DNA of 64,000 nucleotides from Clostridia bacterium (GCA_045538455.1 JAZSRL010000009.1:78875-142874); one strand, 5' to 3'; positions 17,861-27,473 are shown, counted from the stretch's first letter. The notes: generated by a model from the sequence alone, not told the origin. Program-made: numbers and translations.

Positions 17861-18412
17861 ATGCTGAAAACTTTCCGACACCACGAAATTAAAAAAATTG
17901 CTGCTTATGTGAAAAACGGCGGCGTGATAATTTATCCCACCGATACGGTTTGGGGTATCGGTGGTAGCGCTTGCGATGCGGCAGCCGTACAAAAAACTAA
18001 AACGCTGAAAGGCAAACCCGATAATGCCAAATTGATTTGGTTGTTACCTTCGGTGGCGGCGGTAGAAAAATATTGCGGCAAAGTCACCGATGCCGAACGC
18101 AAAATGTTGCGTCAAAAAAGAACTACGGTAATTATCCATGGTCAAGCGGTGCGGGTTGTGCGCAGTGGTTGGCTGAGCCATTTATTGTTTGCGTGTGGTG
18201 TGCCGTTAATTGCGACCAGTGCGAATAAACATGGGGAAACTGTTATCAAATCATGGCGACAAGCGGTACAAGTTTTTGACGGGCAAGATGTGGCGGTGGT
18301 GCGGGGACGAAAACTGAAACAAGTGGCCAGTTCTTTGGTGCAATTTGAAAAGACAAAAGAAGGTCCACAAATGAAGATACTTCGCCATGGTAGCGGCATA
18401 TCTATAAATTAG
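17861..18412 (+). CDS. tsaC: L-threonylcarbamoyladenylate synthase (YrdC/TsaC family)
   Basis: IIYPTDTVWGIGG and PLIATSANKHG motifs. Confidence 0.8.
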   Translation: MLKTFRHHEIKKIAAYVKNGGVIIYPTDTVWGIGGSACDAAAVQKTKTLKGKPDNAKLIWLLPSVAAVEKYCGKVTDAERKMLRQKRTTVIIHGQAVRVVRSGWLSHLLFACGVPLIATSANKHGETVIKSWRQAVQVFDGQDVAVVRGRKLKQVASSLVQFEKTKEGPQMKILRHGSGISIN

Positions 18413-19314
18413 TGGATGCGATATTAGAAAATTACTTACAGTATATTTGTGGTCAAGAAAATGTAAAGCGTAATGAGCCATTAGCGCGGTGGACGACTTT
18501 CCGTGTTGGCGGCCCAGCGCGTTTTTTTGTGCTGGTGGAAAGTAAAGAAAAATTGCAAAAGTTGATAAGTGCTTTGGAATATTTGGAACGCCCGTATTTT
18601 GTATTAGGGTTGGGGGCCAATGTCTTAGCCAGTGACCAAGGTTACGATGGCGTAGTAATTAAAATTAATTTCCAAACCATTCAACACAATGATGTTTTTG
18701 TGTATGCTGATGCTGGGGCGAAGTTATCCGCGGTTGTGAATTACGCGCGCGAACATGGATTGAGTGGTTTGGAATGGGCAACAGGGATACCAGCCACAAT
18801 TGGTGGTGGAGTATATATGAATTGTGGTGCATTTGAACATAGCATGAGTGATGTTGTTGTTTTGGTTGATGTGTTACAAAAGGGAAAAATTAAAACTTTG
18901 ACTAACCACCAAATCAACTTTGGTTATCGGCATTCGTGTTTTATGGAAGAACCGGCTGTAATTATCGGCGCATATTTACGATTAAAACATGATAAACCGG
19001 CAAAAATTGCGACCCGTATGCGCGAAATTGTGGCTAAGCGCAATCGTCACCCTCATGAGCCCAGCGCCGGAAGTGTTTTTAAACGACCTTACGATAATTT
19101 TTTTGTGGGGCGTGAAATTGAAAAGTTAGGGCTGGCAGGCTATACGGTTGGTGGTGCCCAGGTAAGTCCGCGTCATTGTAATTTCATAGTGAATACGGGT
19201 GGTGCCACTTGTCGTGATGTGTGGCAAGTTTTAAACCATGTGAAACAGCAAGTAGAAGCAGCTACCGGTGTTAAATTAGAGTCCGAAATCGTGATTTTAG
19301 GGGAAATGGAGTAA
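18412..19314 (+). CDS. murB: UDP-N-acetylenolpyruvoylglucosamine reductase
   Basis: NEPLARWTTFRVGGPARFF and SAGSVFKRP motifs. GTG start overlaps the tsaC stop (TAGTG). Confidence 0.9.
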   Translation: MDAILENYLQYICGQENVKRNEPLARWTTFRVGGPARFFVLVESKEKLQKLISALEYLERPYFVLGLGANVLASDQGYDGVVIKINFQTIQHNDVFVYADAGAKLSAVVNYAREHGLSGLEWATGIPATIGGGVYMNCGAFEHSMSDVVVLVDVLQKGKIKTLTNHQINFGYRHSCFMEEPAVIIGAYLRLKHDKPAKIATRMREIVAKRNRHPHEPSAGSVFKRPYDNFFVGREIEKLGLAGYTVGGAQVSPRHCNFIVNTGGATCRDVWQVLNHVKQQVEAATGVKLESEIVILGEME

Positions 19315-19382
19315 AAACTCTTTTTGATTGCCAATAAAATAAAATTCCTTTAAAATATTACAGTAAAGTTTGGGGGAACTTG

Positions 19383-20693
19383 ATGGAAAACTACTATAAT
19401 TTAATTTTAATTGGTTTTATAGTTGCTTTGAGCATCGTTTTAGTGTTTTGGGCAATGAATACTGTCCGCTGTATTGCGGTTAATAAAAATTTTTGCGCGG
19501 ATACTTTGACGGCGATTGCAAAGTTGTGGCGCCGTGCGCAGTTTATTCCAGAAGATGCTAAAGAGCGTGAATCTTTGTTTTTGTATCGCGATTTTTTACA
19601 AAAGTTCGCAGGCGTAGATTGTAAATACCCTTTAGTTTTGAAAAACGGTGGGGTGCGTGTAATGTCGCGCAAAGAATATGATGCTTCGTTTGTGCAAAAA
19701 CCAGTTCATATCTTTTCGCTGTTATTACTTGTAGCTTCTGTATTAGTCGCGGGAATTGCTTTATGGGTCAATCTCACTGTTACAAAAATGATATGGGTTG
19801 GTGCGGGTTTGGCTTTGATTTTGCCAGTTGAACAATTAATTGTTGCATTTGTTTTGTCGCGTTTTGTTCGTGAAAAAAATCTCTATCGTGATGCAATCTT
19901 CGTGGCTTTGAAAGAGAACAGTGCGAACTTTATTACAATTACAAAGCCATTTATTGTGGTTGACGCTTATCCGCATAAGTTTGGTAAAAACACACAACCG
20001 CTTTATACGGCGAAAGGCGATTTAAGCCCAGAACAAGTTGAAGAAATTCGTGCTTTCGTAATGGAACAAAAACGCAATGAAGTGACAGCGGCTTTTGATG
20101 CGGTACCAAAACAAAACACGATACCAACACAAACTGTGGCTCCCGTTGAAACACCGATTGCACCATCTGAACCAGTAGCACCGGCAACAACACCAGCAAC
20201 TCCTGTTGATGATACCGCGCATCAAATCGAAATGTCAGCAAGTGGAGTGGAAAATGATGATATGGCAGACAGCGCGGTAACGCAAGATAAAAAAGCTGCG
20301 GTTTTAAATCAATTTATTGATGATATGACGGTTGGAGAAATTCAACGCCTTGAACGCGAAGCTGCGGAAAAGGGCGAACCATTCCAATTTACTGATGAAG
20401 AAATTATGGAAATTTTGAGCGCAGGTCAAGATGTGAATCCAGCGGAACTTGGTACTATTACGGCGGAACCTGTTCAAAATGTCCCAATGCAAGCCGAAAC
20501 AGTTACACCAGGCGAAGAATCTTTTGATGTTGATATGGATTTTAGCACACCAATTCAAGAATTGGCGAAAGCACCGATTCCAGATGAAAATACACCAATT
20601 GTGGAACCAGACGAAGATGATTTCTCGTTGGAAGCCATTGGGTTAGCATTGGATGCGGAAATTGCAAAACGCAATGCCAGTGGTAAAAAATAA
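19383..20693 (+). CDS. hypothetical membrane protein with long acidic Pro/Thr/Ala/Glu-rich C-terminal region
   Basis: About 4 TM helices in the first 170 aa, then a low-complexity acidic tail. No family recognised. Confidence 0.6.
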   Translation: MENYYNLILIGFIVALSIVLVFWAMNTVRCIAVNKNFCADTLTAIAKLWRRAQFIPEDAKERESLFLYRDFLQKFAGVDCKYPLVLKNGGVRVMSRKEYDASFVQKPVHIFSLLLLVASVLVAGIALWVNLTVTKMIWVGAGLALILPVEQLIVAFVLSRFVREKNLYRDAIFVALKENSANFITITKPFIVVDAYPHKFGKNTQPLYTAKGDLSPEQVEEIRAFVMEQKRNEVTAAFDAVPKQNTIPTQTVAPVETPIAPSEPVAPATTPATPVDDTAHQIEMSASGVENDDMADSAVTQDKKAAVLNQFIDDMTVGEIQRLEREAAEKGEPFQFTDEEIMEILSAGQDVNPAELGTITAEPVQNVPMQAETVTPGEESFDVDMDFSTPIQELAKAPIPDENTPIVEPDEDDFSLEAIGLALDAEIAKRNASGKK

Positions 20694-20710
20694 TAACTTA
20701 AACCAAAAAA

Positions 20711-20731
20711 AGTCCAAAACGGACTTTTTTT
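20711..20731. terminator. bidirectional hairpin terminator
   Basis: AGTCC-AAAAC-GGACT flanked by an A-run and a T-run, between convergent genes. Confidence 0.7.
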
Positions 20732-20737
20732 AATTTG

Positions 20738-21865
20738 TTAATAAGCCATAAAATCAATGTAAAGCGCGTATCCTTTGGCTGGGTCGTGAGTAAGTGCGTG
20801 CGTTAAAGTGCCGACCAAGTGTCCGTCCTGAATGATGGGGCTGCCGCTCATACCATGAACGATGCCGCCGGTTGCGGATAATAAGCGGGGGTCTGTGATA
20901 CGAATGACCATAGATTTATCGTTGCGGCGGTTTTGGTAGCGTGTTTTTAAAATTTCGCAATCAAATTCTTCCACCGTGTTACCGTCCAAAGATGTGCGTA
21001 AAGTGGCTTTGCCTGGGTGGACATGGTAGCGAGTAGCTACCGGCATGGTGGTTGTTGCCATATCCAGAATGGAGCTGTCGGGTGTGAGACAACCAGTGAT
21101 GCCGAAAGATGTTCCTTGGGTAATGCTGCCTTGCGGAGCCGTGTTTTGTTGTATGGAGCTTTGAATGATACCGGTTTGCTTGCCTTGCGTTTTGATGATG
21201 CCGTAAGTTTTGACGGTGCGGATTTCGCCACCGCATAAATCGACGGCGGTGTTGGTTTCGAAGTCTGCCATTTGGTGCCCCAGTGCAGAAAATTGGTTGT
21301 TTTCGGGGTTAATCATGGTTAAAATGCCGACGCCATTCGTGGTATCGCGCAGGTTTATCATTTGGTTTAAGTTGACAGTTTTTTGTAATGGGGTACTGTT
21401 GCGGATAATATGAAATGTGGCCTGAGTTTTTTTTTGGGTAGCTGCGAGAAAATCGGCGTGAGTTTGGACTGGAATGTTGTCCACGCTTTTGATAATATCG
21501 CCTTTTTGTAAAACATTATCTGCGGTATTGTTAGTGACCAGTAAACCTTCAATGTTACCGGTAATACCAATGGGCATACCGCCAACTAAGATTGTATCAA
21601 AAGGTAAAATATCAACCATGACTTTTTTGATGGGAATGAAGCCCAGTAGTTTGACGGTAATGTATTTTTCTTCATTCGTATCCGAACCGGTCGGATTATC
21701 GGGCGGTACATCGGCTTGCCGTGCATATTCGCTGGGCGATAAAATAATGCGCGCCGGTGTTGTGATACCTTGCACAAAAGGAATGATTAAAAACATGTAA
21801 ATGCCGAAAGCTGTGAGGGCAAAGCTAATTCCGCGCCAAAATCGTAAACTGCGTAAAGATTTCAT
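20738..21865 (-). CDS. spoIVB: SpoIVB peptidase (S55 family)
   Basis: VHGMSGSPIIQDGHLVGTLTHALTHDPAKGYALYIDFM is the S55 catalytic region. N-terminal TM segment and a PDZ-like middle. Confidence 0.85.
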   Translation of the reverse strand: MKSLRSLRFWRGISFALTAFGIYMFLIIPFVQGITTPARIILSPSEYARQADVPPDNPTGSDTNEEKYITVKLLGFIPIKKVMVDILPFDTILVGGMPIGITGNIEGLLVTNNTADNVLQKGDIIKSVDNIPVQTHADFLAATQKKTQATFHIIRNSTPLQKTVNLNQMINLRDTTNGVGILTMINPENNQFSALGHQMADFETNTAVDLCGGEIRTVKTYGIIKTQGKQTGIIQSSIQQNTAPQGSITQGTSFGITGCLTPDSSILDMATTTMPVATRYHVHPGKATLRTSLDGNTVEEFDCEILKTRYQNRRNDKSMVIRITDPRLLSATGGIVHGMSGSPIIQDGHLVGTLTHALTHDPAKGYALYIDFMAY

Positions 21866-21903
21866 CTTGCATTTATTGTGTTACAAAAACATATAAATTA
21901 TTT

Positions 21904-22527
21904 ATGATGGCGCTATGGTGGTGCCGATTAATTGATTATTTACGCGTGCAATGGAAAACTTACCGCGCGACAATGTGTTGGTTGGCGGTATGTTTGGTTT
22001 TGGGTGCGGTACTGGGAATTGTGACTATTTGCATTGGTGATGTGGAAGTCGACAACATTAATTATCAATTAATTGACGGAAATATTTTGAATGCGACTGC
22101 GATTGGTGTGGGTATGGGAAGTTTTGTATGGCAACGCATTTTATCGTTGGCGGCACCGGTGCTGGTGGTGTTCGTTTTTGCGGCATTGTCGCGATGGACG
22201 GGGTGCGTGCTGTTTCCCATTGTTTTGATGCACGGATATTGGTTCAGTGTTGCGCTGTGGTGGGTGTTTTTTTATTACAGCTTTTCCGCCATATTGGTAA
22301 TTGTGTTTTATGCTGTGTGGCTGATGATGGTAACGGCAATTTTATTTGTTGGTTTGGTTTGGGCGTACCAGTGGGGTTGTCATTGTCGAATTTGTCGTGG
22401 AAAACGGGAATGGGGGTGCATTGTTCGCGGAGCGTGCTGTTTGATTGGTGTGGCAGTGGTGATGGGTTTTCTTGAATATCTGGTTTTTTGTACGGTTTTA
22501 GGAAAAATTGTGTATAAAGCGGTTTAA
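21904..22527 (+). CDS. hypothetical Trp/Cys-rich multi-pass membrane protein (possibly SpoIIM-like)
   Basis: 207 aa, about 5 TM helices. The SpoIIM suggestion rests on size, topology and context only. Confidence 0.4.
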   Translation: MMALWWCRLIDYLRVQWKTYRATMCWLAVCLVLGAVLGIVTICIGDVEVDNINYQLIDGNILNATAIGVGMGSFVWQRILSLAAPVLVVFVFAALSRWTGCVLFPIVLMHGYWFSVALWWVFFYYSFSAILVIVFYAVWLMMVTAILFVGLVWAYQWGCHCRICRGKREWGCIVRGACCLIGVAVVMGFLEYLVFCTVLGKIVYKAV

Positions 22528-22546
22528 AATTCCGCATGATAAAGGT

Positions 22547-23797
22547 ATGAAAACAAATAAAATTTTGATGACGGCTTGGGCGATGAGTGCCGTTTGCGGA
22601 TTAAGTGCGGTGACTGGTGTACCGTGTTGCCGTGATTGCTACGAAAACAAAACGGTAAATGCTGCTGCGTTGGTGACCGAAACAGTGACGGAACAAACCG
22701 AAACCGTGCCGCAGTTTGCAAACGCACCGCAATTGACTGCCAAAGCTGCGTTTTTGTTGGAAGCTAATAGTGGTAAAATTCTCTATGCGCAGAATGCAGA
22801 CCAACATTTACCCATTGCTTCCATGACGAAGGTGGCTACGCTGGGTGTCATTTATCAAGCTTTAGATGCTGGTAAAATTACCATGGATGATATGGTCATG
22901 GTTAGTGAACGCGCATCTTCAATGGGTGGCAGCCAAGCTTTCTTAGATGCGGGAAGTGAATATTCGGTGCGTGATTTAATTCAATCCATTGTGGTGGCTT
23001 CTGCGAATGACAGTTGTGTTGCGATGGCGGAACACATTAGCGGGTCAGTCGAAAATTTTGTGCAAGAGATGAATAACTTTGCCAAAGATTTAGGTTGTAA
23101 AGATACGAACTTTGTGAATTGTACGGGATTGCCAGCTACGGGAGCTTATTCCTGTGCGCGTGATATGGCAACTTTGTATCAAAAAATTATGCAGTCGGAA
23201 CATTATGGAGATTTTAATCATGTATGGATGTATGATTTAAAACATCCGAGTGGTCGTATTACAGGTTTAACAAACACAAATAAATTAATTCGTCGTTATC
23301 AAGGTTGTTTGGGCGGTAAAACTGGATTTACGAATGAAGCAGGACACTGTATTACAGTAGCGGCGAAGCGTGGTGATTTGCAACCGATTGCGGTGATTAT
23401 TGGGGCTGCTAACAGTCAAACGCGTTTTAATGAAAGTAGTGCTTTATTAGATTATGCGTGCCAAAATTTTGAAAACCGTTTAGTTGTCGATGCGAGTAAG
23501 CCTTTGAAAACTGTCGCTTTAAAAAACGCGGTCGCGGAACAGATTGATTTGTATCCTGCTGTCAATTATTATCATTTGACCGCGAAAAACCAAGACGACA
23601 ATTTGGCTTTGGCATTGGAAATTCCAGATTCGGTGGCGGCGCCATTGAGTCCGCAAAATAATTTGGGAAAAGTGTTAGTAACTGACAATGGCAAAGTGGT
23701 GGCGGAAATTCCGGTACGCGTCAATAGTGAAGTTGGTAAAGCCAGCTATTGGGAAACCGTGCAGAAAGTTGTGCGTCGCAGTCCAATTAATTCGTAA
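22547..23797 (+). CDS. D-alanyl-D-alanine carboxypeptidase (peptidase S11, PBP5-like)
   Basis: SMTK, SANDS and KTGFT active-site motifs plus a signal sequence. Confidence 0.9.
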   Translation: MKTNKILMTAWAMSAVCGLSAVTGVPCCRDCYENKTVNAAALVTETVTEQTETVPQFANAPQLTAKAAFLLEANSGKILYAQNADQHLPIASMTKVATLGVIYQALDAGKITMDDMVMVSERASSMGGSQAFLDAGSEYSVRDLIQSIVVASANDSCVAMAEHISGSVENFVQEMNNFAKDLGCKDTNFVNCTGLPATGAYSCARDMATLYQKIMQSEHYGDFNHVWMYDLKHPSGRITGLTNTNKLIRRYQGCLGGKTGFTNEAGHCITVAAKRGDLQPIAVIIGAANSQTRFNESSALLDYACQNFENRLVVDASKPLKTVALKNAVAEQIDLYPAVNYYHLTAKNQDDNLALALEIPDSVAAPLSPQNNLGKVLVTDNGKVVAEIPVRVNSEVGKASYWETVQKVVRRSPINS

Positions 23798-23842
23798 TAC
23801 CGTGCTTTACAGCTGCCGCGTTTTTTGGTATGATAACTATAC

Positions 23843-23927
23843 GCGGCCGTGGCGGAATTGGCAGACGCACAGGACTAAGGATCCTGTATCGCGAGATGTG
23901 GAGGTTCAAGCCCTCTCGGCCGCACCA
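23843..23927 (+). tRNA. tRNA-Leu with anticodon AAG (A34), type II long variable arm
   Basis: Acceptor GCGGCCG/CGGCCGC, A73, encoded CCA, anticodon stem CAGGA/TCCTG, loop CUAAGGA (U33, A34 A35 G36, G37), T-arm GGAGG-TTCAAGC-CCTCT. Confidence 0.9.
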
Positions 23928-23965
23928 TATACATACAAAAAAAGTCTCGTTTAAAAGGGGTAAAT

Positions 23966-24331
23966 ATGTTTATAAAGAGTGCAGATTTAAAATCTTCTGA
24001 TTATTTAGAATTGCAATATATAAAAAACAATTTAATCTCTGATAAAGAACTATTAAAATTAAAGAGCATTGAACACTTTAAAGAAGATTCGATATTTGTT
24101 AAATCTGATGATATAGACAAGTTTGAAGATAATTATTCTGCTATTTTTGATAGACCTAAAAATCCTGACGGGAGCAACAAGTTTTATCCTTTTGGAATTA
24201 ATCTTTATACCACAGAACAATTAAAAGAAATCTATAATAAATTAAAACAAATTGAAGCAGATTCGGTGCTACTAAATTGGTTGAAATTCGCGGTGGAGAA
24301 AAAGTATAGAATCTATATACTGGGGGTGTAG
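23966..24331 (+). CDS. hypothetical protein
   Basis: 121 aa, AT-rich, normal RBS (AAAAGGGG), followed by a strong terminator. No family recognised. Confidence 0.55.
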   Translation: MFIKSADLKSSDYLELQYIKNNLISDKELLKLKSIEHFKEDSIFVKSDDIDKFEDNYSAIFDRPKNPDGSNKFYPFGINLYTTEQLKEIYNKLKQIEADSVLLNWLKFAVEKKYRIYILGV

Positions 24332-24376
24332 TTTTGATTTAAAAAGACTTTTTGTAGCATTGACAAAATGAATTTA

Positions 24377-24400
24377 AACAACCTGAAAGGTTGTTTTTTT
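24377..24400 (+). terminator. rho-independent terminator
   Basis: AACAACC-TGAAA-GGTTGTT followed by a T-run. Confidence 0.8.
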
Positions 24401-24447
24401 ATGAAAAGTTAAAAAGCAAAATTTGATTTTTTTTTGTGGGGTGGATC

Positions 24448-24477
24448 TTGATTTTTGGGATTTTGCTATTTTATAAT
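24448..24477 (+). promoter_or_regulatory. sigma-70-type promoter of paralog 1 (leaderless geometry)
   Basis: TTGATT-18-TATAAT. ATG 24485 begins 7 nt after the -10. No SD. Confidence 0.6.
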
Positions 24478-24484
24478 ATATGCG

Positions 24485-25387
24485 ATGAAAAAATTGAGTA
24501 AATTATTAAGTCGTCTTTCGAAAATGGGATTGACGCAAGAAGAAAGGGAAGTCTTTAAGACGCTTGACCTTTATGTTGAGGGATTTTTCCCACAAACTGT
24601 TTCTATCTTGACGCGTTTAGAAAAGTTGGGCAACAAGGATATGAAAAACCTCTTAGATATTCGTTTAAAAAAGGACGATGGTTTCAACTTGTTTAATATG
24701 TTTTTCCGTTCGCGTGATGACGCTTGGATGGCTCAATATTTAGCATATTATTATGAGCATAATCAATTTACAGATGGGCAATTTAAAGCTACGGAAGAAA
24801 AAAAAGCTCAACTGCCGTTAAATGCCGTAGAGAAGTATGTTAAATTTGCAACTAAATATAAAGCTTTGCGTGATGAGTTTGAACAAAATATAGTGCGTTC
24901 ATACATTAGTAATTGGGTAACCTATGTTCGTGAAGATGATTTTTACTGCAAAAGTGAACGCAAAAAAGACATGGTTCAATCCGAAAACTTTGACCACCTG
25001 TTCCGTCACAATGTTGTTTCGGCAATGCAGTTTTTGAATATTCCTGATGAAAATATTCAAGCAGGTCTTGAACGCTATAATAATTATTGGCGTGACACTG
25101 CGATGTTATTATCTTTTAAGAATCATTATAAAAAAATGTTTGGCAAAGAATATGATTTTGAAACCCAAAATTTTGATTTAAAAAATTATGAACACAAATG
25201 GATGATTGTTCGTAACAAGGAATATTATAACCTACACAAAGATGCAGTTAATAAATATGGAAAAGTAAATTTAGCCATGAAAATGCCGAAATCAAAAGTT
25301 GCCGAAATACATCGAGATGTTTTAGCTTATGAAGCTTATTTGAAATATGTACAGGAAGCAAAGGAAATCAATTACGAGAATTGTTAA
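24485..25387 (+). CDS. tandem-family paralog 1 of 9 (uncharacterised)
   Basis: 300 aa. Shares blocks RDDAWMAQY, YV-x5-Y-x2-LRDEFE, DDFY, FR-x6-AMQFL, YWRD, F-x-N-x-Y and WMIVRNKEYY with the next eight ORFs. Confidence 0.8.
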   Translation: MKKLSKLLSRLSKMGLTQEEREVFKTLDLYVEGFFPQTVSILTRLEKLGNKDMKNLLDIRLKKDDGFNLFNMFFRSRDDAWMAQYLAYYYEHNQFTDGQFKATEEKKAQLPLNAVEKYVKFATKYKALRDEFEQNIVRSYISNWVTYVREDDFYCKSERKKDMVQSENFDHLFRHNVVSAMQFLNIPDENIQAGLERYNNYWRDTAMLLSFKNHYKKMFGKEYDFETQNFDLKNYEHKWMIVRNKEYYNLHKDAVNKYGKVNLAMKMPKSKVAEIHRDVLAYEAYLKYVQEAKEINYENC

Positions 25388-25406
25388 GAAAAAATCGGTT
25401 TGAATA

Positions 25407-25435
25407 TTGAATTTTAAAGAGAGGAGATATATAAT
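25407..25435 (+). promoter_or_regulatory. promoter of paralog 2 (leaderless geometry)
   Basis: TTGAAT-17-TATAAT. ATG 25441 begins 5 nt after the -10. A GAGGAG lies 14 nt upstream inside the spacer. Confidence 0.55.
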
Positions 25436-25440
25436 ACATT

Positions 25441-26334
25441 ATGAAAAAATTAACTAAATTATCAGAAAACTTTTATCAAATGGGGTTGACTAAGGCTGAA
25501 AAAGCGGATTTCCAAGTTTTAGATACTTTTATGGAAAATTTCTTTCCCAAAATGGACGCTATTGAACAATGCTTAAAAACTTTTTGCGATAATGATATCA
25601 GAAAAGTTTTACAATTGCGCGTACAAAAGAACAAAGATTATAACATGGAAAGTATGATGGTGCAGTCGCAAAATGATAAATGGTTAGCAGATTATTTACA
25701 ATTTTATGTAATGAATAATTTTGTTACCGGTGTTTATCAAAATCCGCAAAGAAATTTTGCAAACAGCTTGACAACTAATGTTGTGAAAAAATATGTACAA
25801 ATCTCGCCTAAGTTTAAAGCAAAGCGCAGTGAATTTGAACAAGCTGTTGTTATGGCTTATATCCAAAATTGGACAGCGAATAACTGTGCTAATGATTTTT
25901 ATTGTAAGCAAGAACAAAAATGGGCAATGAGTTGTTCTGTTGATTTCGACAAGGGTTTCCGCAACAAAGTGAAGAATGCGATGCAATTTTTAAACATTAG
26001 AGATGAATCAATTGAAGCTGGAATCGAGCGCACAGCTCGTTATTGGCGCAAGGACGCTATGAAGTTGGCTTTTCAAAATAATTATAAGAAGACTTTCCGC
26101 AAAGAATATAATTTCAACACAACTGATGCAAAGGCAAAGAGCTATATGAATCAATGGTTGGCTTTGCGTGAACACGAATATTTTAATGAACATAAAGTTT
26201 CAGTTCAAAAATACGGGAGACCAACTAAATCAATGTTAATGAAAGATAAAACTGCGGCATTTATGCGTAAACAACTTGAAAGTTGGGAAGATTATCACGA
26301 AATGGAACTCCGTGGTGTTGAATGTATTTATTGA
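25441..26334 (+). CDS. tandem-family paralog 2 of 9
   Basis: 297 aa. Closest to paralog 1 (MKKLxKL...MGLT...FFP, NAMQFLNI, YWR). Confidence 0.8.
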   Translation: MKKLTKLSENFYQMGLTKAEKADFQVLDTFMENFFPKMDAIEQCLKTFCDNDIRKVLQLRVQKNKDYNMESMMVQSQNDKWLADYLQFYVMNNFVTGVYQNPQRNFANSLTTNVVKKYVQISPKFKAKRSEFEQAVVMAYIQNWTANNCANDFYCKQEQKWAMSCSVDFDKGFRNKVKNAMQFLNIRDESIEAGIERTARYWRKDAMKLAFQNNYKKTFRKEYNFNTTDAKAKSYMNQWLALREHEYFNEHKVSVQKYGRPTKSMLMKDKTAAFMRKQLESWEDYHEMELRGVECIY

Positions 26335-26381
26335 TTTGGTTGTGATGATGAGAAAACTAACGAAAATTGATTTTAAAAAAG

Positions 26382-26407
26382 TAACGGTGAAAATCGTTAT
26401 TTTTTTT
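26382..26407 (+). terminator. weak hairpin plus T8 between paralogs 2 and 3
   Basis: TAACG-N8-CGTTA followed by T8. Confidence 0.4.
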
Positions 26408-26414
26408 GTGTACC

Positions 26415-26444
26415 TTGACTTTGATAAAGTTGAAACGCTATAAT
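26415..26444 (+). promoter_or_regulatory. promoter of paralog 3 (leaderless geometry)
   Basis: TTGACT-18-TATAAT. ATG 26451 begins 6 nt after the -10. Confidence 0.65.
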
Positions 26445-26450
26445 GGGCAA

Positions 26451-27404
26451 ATGAAGTTTAAAAAATTGAAACAGAAGTTCGAAGATATAATGATTAAAGA
26501 TCAAAAAATGCTTACTGATTTCAAGTTTTTAGATCGGTATGTCAGTAGTGTTTTCCCGACGAAAGCAGAGGTCGAAGGGTTGATGTATCATAAAAATTTA
26601 ACTGATAGAAATATGCGTGTTCTTTTGCATGCACGCTCGTTGCCTTTTCACACGCGCGAAGACGAATGGCTGGCTTTGTATTTAGAACAAGCAGTAGCAC
26701 AAATCTTTTTGACTGAACGCGAAGAAGAAAGTAAACGGAGTACTTGTGAGGCTTATGAGCCGATTTTATCGATTGATCAACGAAGCTTTTTACAATATGT
26801 TAAATTATCACCTAAGTTCGAAGCGATGCGTACGCGTTATGAGCATTATTTAGTAAAAGATTATGTTGACAACTGGGTCAAAGGTCAAAGTTATGATTTC
26901 TATTACACAGAAGAAGAGAAGAAAAAGTTTGTGCAAAAAACAAATTATGAAGATGTTTTCCGCGAAAGTGTGATTGATGCGATGGTTGCTTTGGGATTAC
27001 CACAAAAAAGTATTGAAGAAGGATTAGAACTTAGTGCGTCGATTTGGTTGATGCCGGCAATTTGTCGTGGCTTAATGAACGAAAGTGGATTACATTCAGA
27101 TGAGTTTTGTGCTTTACAAAAATATGAACCGGCTGTGGCCAAAGAGTTGTTCAATTCTGAATTTAAAAGTATGGCAGCAGCTGCTCGGTTGCGGGAATAT
27201 AAATATTATTTAAAACATCGTGAAGTGATTGATCGAATGGGTACGGCAACAAAAAACATGAAAATGTCACAGGAGGAAGCGTCGAAATTAGAACAAGTAG
27301 TACGAAGCAATGCCTATAAAAGTGAATGTGTTATGTTTAATCAAATTGCTTGTTCTTTATATGCAAAGGAATTTACCACGGGCTTAGGAAGAAATGGCCT
27401 ATGA
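26451..27404 (+). CDS. tandem-family paralog 3 of 9
   Basis: 317 aa. LPFHTREDEWLALY, YVKLSPKFEAMRTRYE, NYEDVFRESVIDAMVALGL, LREYKYY, TATKNMKM. The WR/F-x-N-x-Y block is degenerate. Confidence 0.8.
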   Translation: MKFKKLKQKFEDIMIKDQKMLTDFKFLDRYVSSVFPTKAEVEGLMYHKNLTDRNMRVLLHARSLPFHTREDEWLALYLEQAVAQIFLTEREEESKRSTCEAYEPILSIDQRSFLQYVKLSPKFEAMRTRYEHYLVKDYVDNWVKGQSYDFYYTEEEKKKFVQKTNYEDVFRESVIDAMVALGLPQKSIEEGLELSASIWLMPAICRGLMNESGLHSDEFCALQKYEPAVAKELFNSEFKSMAAAARLREYKYYLKHREVIDRMGTATKNMKMSQEEASKLEQVVRSNAYKSECVMFNQIACSLYAKEFTTGLGRNGL

Positions 27405-27437
27405 TTTGTGTTGCTCATGAAAATTTCTTTATTAATC

Positions 27438-27467
27438 TTGACTTAGTGGTTTAACAACAATTATAAT
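27438..27467 (+). promoter_or_regulatory. promoter of paralog 4 (leaderless geometry)
   Basis: TTGACT-18-TATAAT. ATG 27474 begins 6 nt after the -10. Confidence 0.65.
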
Positions 27468-27473
27468 AGAAAC

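Noticed and set aside
23688-23954. The 88-aa track ORF spanning the end of the carboxypeptidase gene and the tRNA.
   Set aside because: It overlaps tRNA-Leu completely and has no RBS or family resemblance, so it is spurious.
25421-25426. GAGGAG upstream of paralog 2 could be a Shine-Dalgarno, which would contradict the leaderless reading.
   Set aside because: It lies 14 nt from the ATG and inside the -35/-10 spacer of the TTGAAT-17-TATAAT promoter. It would not be in a transcript from that promoter. It could still serve on read-through RNA from paralog 1, so this caveat is noted rather than dismissed.
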